The notes under the pieces were generated by a model. The model worked only from the letters and a program-made list of their open reading frames with translations. It had not been told where the DNA came from and made no database searches. This document shows, piece after piece, positions 45,160 through 46,603 of a stretch of 46,603 nucleotides of DNA (position 1 is the stretch's first letter; each line of letters starts with the position of its first letter). Both the position numbers and the translations under genes were made by a program. Source of the DNA: Acidimicrobiia bacterium (GTDB lineage: Bacteria; Actinomycetota; Acidimicrobiia; IMCC26256; PALSA-610); the NCBI GenBank assembly GCA_038228615.1, contig JBBRPC010000003.1:1-46603 (forward strand), given 5' to 3'.

Positions 45160-46287
45160 ATGCTTTCGAAGTTCGACGATTATCCCATCCACCAAACCCC
45201 CGCCCCGGTCGCGACACCCTTTTCTGGCGACCGAAATTCCTACGATCGATACTTGTTCAACGGATTCCAAGACGACGGCGAGTTCTATTTCGGAATCGGA
45301 GCAGCGAGGTACCCGAACCTCGGAATTCTCGACTGTGGATTCAGCATCGTGCGCGACGGCGAACAACACGCGTTCCACGGATCCCGACGAGCACCAAAGG
45401 AACCGACGGATGTCTCCGTAGGTCCATTTCGAATCGATGTCATCGAACCGATGCGCACGATCCGAGTGACGCTCGACGAGAACGAAACTGGCATCAGCGC
45501 AGACCTCACGTTTACTGCGCGCACGGCATGCGTTGAAGAGGGACGACAGACGAGATACAACGGATCGCGTCTCATGATGGACGTGACCAGATTCGCTCAG
45601 TTCGGACGCTGGCAAGGAACGATCGTCTACAACGGCAAGACCGTCAACGTCGACGCGGCGCGTGTCCTTGGAATCAAAGACCGGAGCTGGGGAGTCAGGC
45701 CTGTAGGAAGACCCGATCCCGCCATCGCGCCCGACGACCGATCAGAGACACAGATCTTTTTCGCGTGGGCGCCGATCCACTGGGAAGATCGATGCACGCA
45801 TTTCGGCGTATTCGAAAATGGCCACGGCCTGAAGTGGCATTCTGACGGTGCCATCGTTCCCGTGTATGCCAACCCCGCCGACATCCCCGGCGCCGACGAC
45901 CCCGCAACCGAAGTGCTCGCTGGCGTCGAACACCACATCACATATATCCCAGGTACGCGACGCGCAGGCCACGCGCGAATCGAGCTCCAACACGACAACG
46001 GCACCGTCGAGAACATTGAGCTCGAACCGCTGCTGTGTTTCCGTATGAAGGGCATCGGATATATGCATCCCGAGTGGACCCACGGCGTTTGGCAAGGCGA
46101 ATACCGCATCGCTGGCGAATCGTGGAAGACGGCAGACCTCAACGAAATGGCCGTGGAAAACCAACATATTCAACAAGTCATGCGGGCTCGTTGCGGCGAC
46201 AAGGAAGGCATCGGCGTGCTCGAACAACTATGTTTTGGCCCGCACACCCGATATGGCTTTGAGAGCATTCTCGACGCGGCCAAGTGA
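45160..46287 (+). CDS. Hypothetical beta-rich protein (possible lipocalin/cyclase-like fold)
   Basis: DDYPIHQ, YDRYLFNG, TRFAQFG, KDRSWGVRP, GIGYMHPEW, GVLEQL blocks; function not assigned. Confidence 0.7.
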   Translation: MLSKFDDYPIHQTPAPVATPFSGDRNSYDRYLFNGFQDDGEFYFGIGAARYPNLGILDCGFSIVRDGEQHAFHGSRRAPKEPTDVSVGPFRIDVIEPMRTIRVTLDENETGISADLTFTARTACVEEGRQTRYNGSRLMMDVTRFAQFGRWQGTIVYNGKTVNVDAARVLGIKDRSWGVRPVGRPDPAIAPDDRSETQIFFAWAPIHWEDRCTHFGVFENGHGLKWHSDGAIVPVYANPADIPGADDPATEVLAGVEHHITYIPGTRRAGHARIELQHDNGTVENIELEPLLCFRMKGIGYMHPEWTHGVWQGEYRIAGESWKTADLNEMAVENQHIQQVMRARCGDKEGIGVLEQLCFGPHTRYGFESILDAAK

Positions 46288-46291
46288 GTCG

Positions 46292-46603
46292 TTACGGGAT
46301 CAGCACCACGCGCCCTACGGCTTGGCGATTCTCGATCAGCGCGTGAGCGTCCGCGGCTTGCGACAGCGGGAACGTGCGATCGATCACCACATCGAGTCGA
46401 CCGGCACCGACGTCATCGACCAGCCGACCGATCATGGTTTGGGCGCGTTCAGTGAAAATCTCGGCGCCGAGAAACACACCGGTGATCGATTGGTTGTTCA
46501 TGCCGAGCACGCCGATATCGAACGGCTGCGGATTGCGCCCAGCGCTGCCGACTGTGATGCACCGACCTCGATAGGCGAGGCACGCAACGCTGCCCTGCAA
46601 TAC
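46292..46603 (-). CDS. MDR-family (quinone oxidoreductase-like) dehydrogenase, C-terminal part; runs off the right edge
   Basis: GRCITVG, VIDRTFPLSQAADAH...AVGRVVLIP. Confidence 0.85.
   Translation of the reverse strand, partial: VLQGSVACLAYRGRCITVGSAGRNPQPFDIGVLGMNNQSITGVFLGAEIFTERAQTMIGRLVDDVGAGRLDVVIDRTFPLSQAADAHALIENRQAVGRVVLIP

Noticed and set aside
1-46603. Mobile elements, prophage, tRNA/rRNA genes
   Set aside because: No integrase, transposase or phage genes recognised; intergenic gaps are short and show no tRNA-like structure by eye (tRNAscan/Infernal not run).

Overview
A gene-dense, high-GC chromosomal segment. Gene content and frequent leaderless-type promoters suggest an actinobacterium, possibly Acidimicrobiia-like (inference). 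About 40 CDSs are supported, mostly metabolic: aldo/keto reductases, esterases/lipases, AhpD- and DinB-type proteins, a GH38 alpha-mannosidase, enoyl-CoA hydratases, an ABC-F ATPase, Lon protease and a SWIM-SNF2 helicase. I saw no rRNA, tRNA, CRISPR array, integrase or transposase. The most interesting region is ~26-40 kb, an apparently uncharacterised acidic-glycan/sugar-acid locus. It holds a coupled OYE / 2-hydroxyacid dehydrogenase / TIM-barrel isomerase / DHDPS-like aldolase operon, a DUF6807 (PmoA-like) gene coupled to a DUF2264-like toroid + glycosyltransferase fusion, a second toroid-like enzyme and an exported heparinase II/III-type lyase. Inside it sits a SigC-type ECF with an exact GGGAAC-N17-CGACT promoter and an anti-sigma-like membrane protein lacking its zinc-finger domain. 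Other points: a probable ribbon-helix-helix regulator divergent from lon with 8-bp-periodic boxes between them, a repeat/uORF-rich ABC-F leader, short tandem repeats in several 5' leaders, an AKR with an in-frame TAA, an amtB remnant, and a degenerate acyltransferase domain. All family calls come from motif recognition by eye, not database searches.
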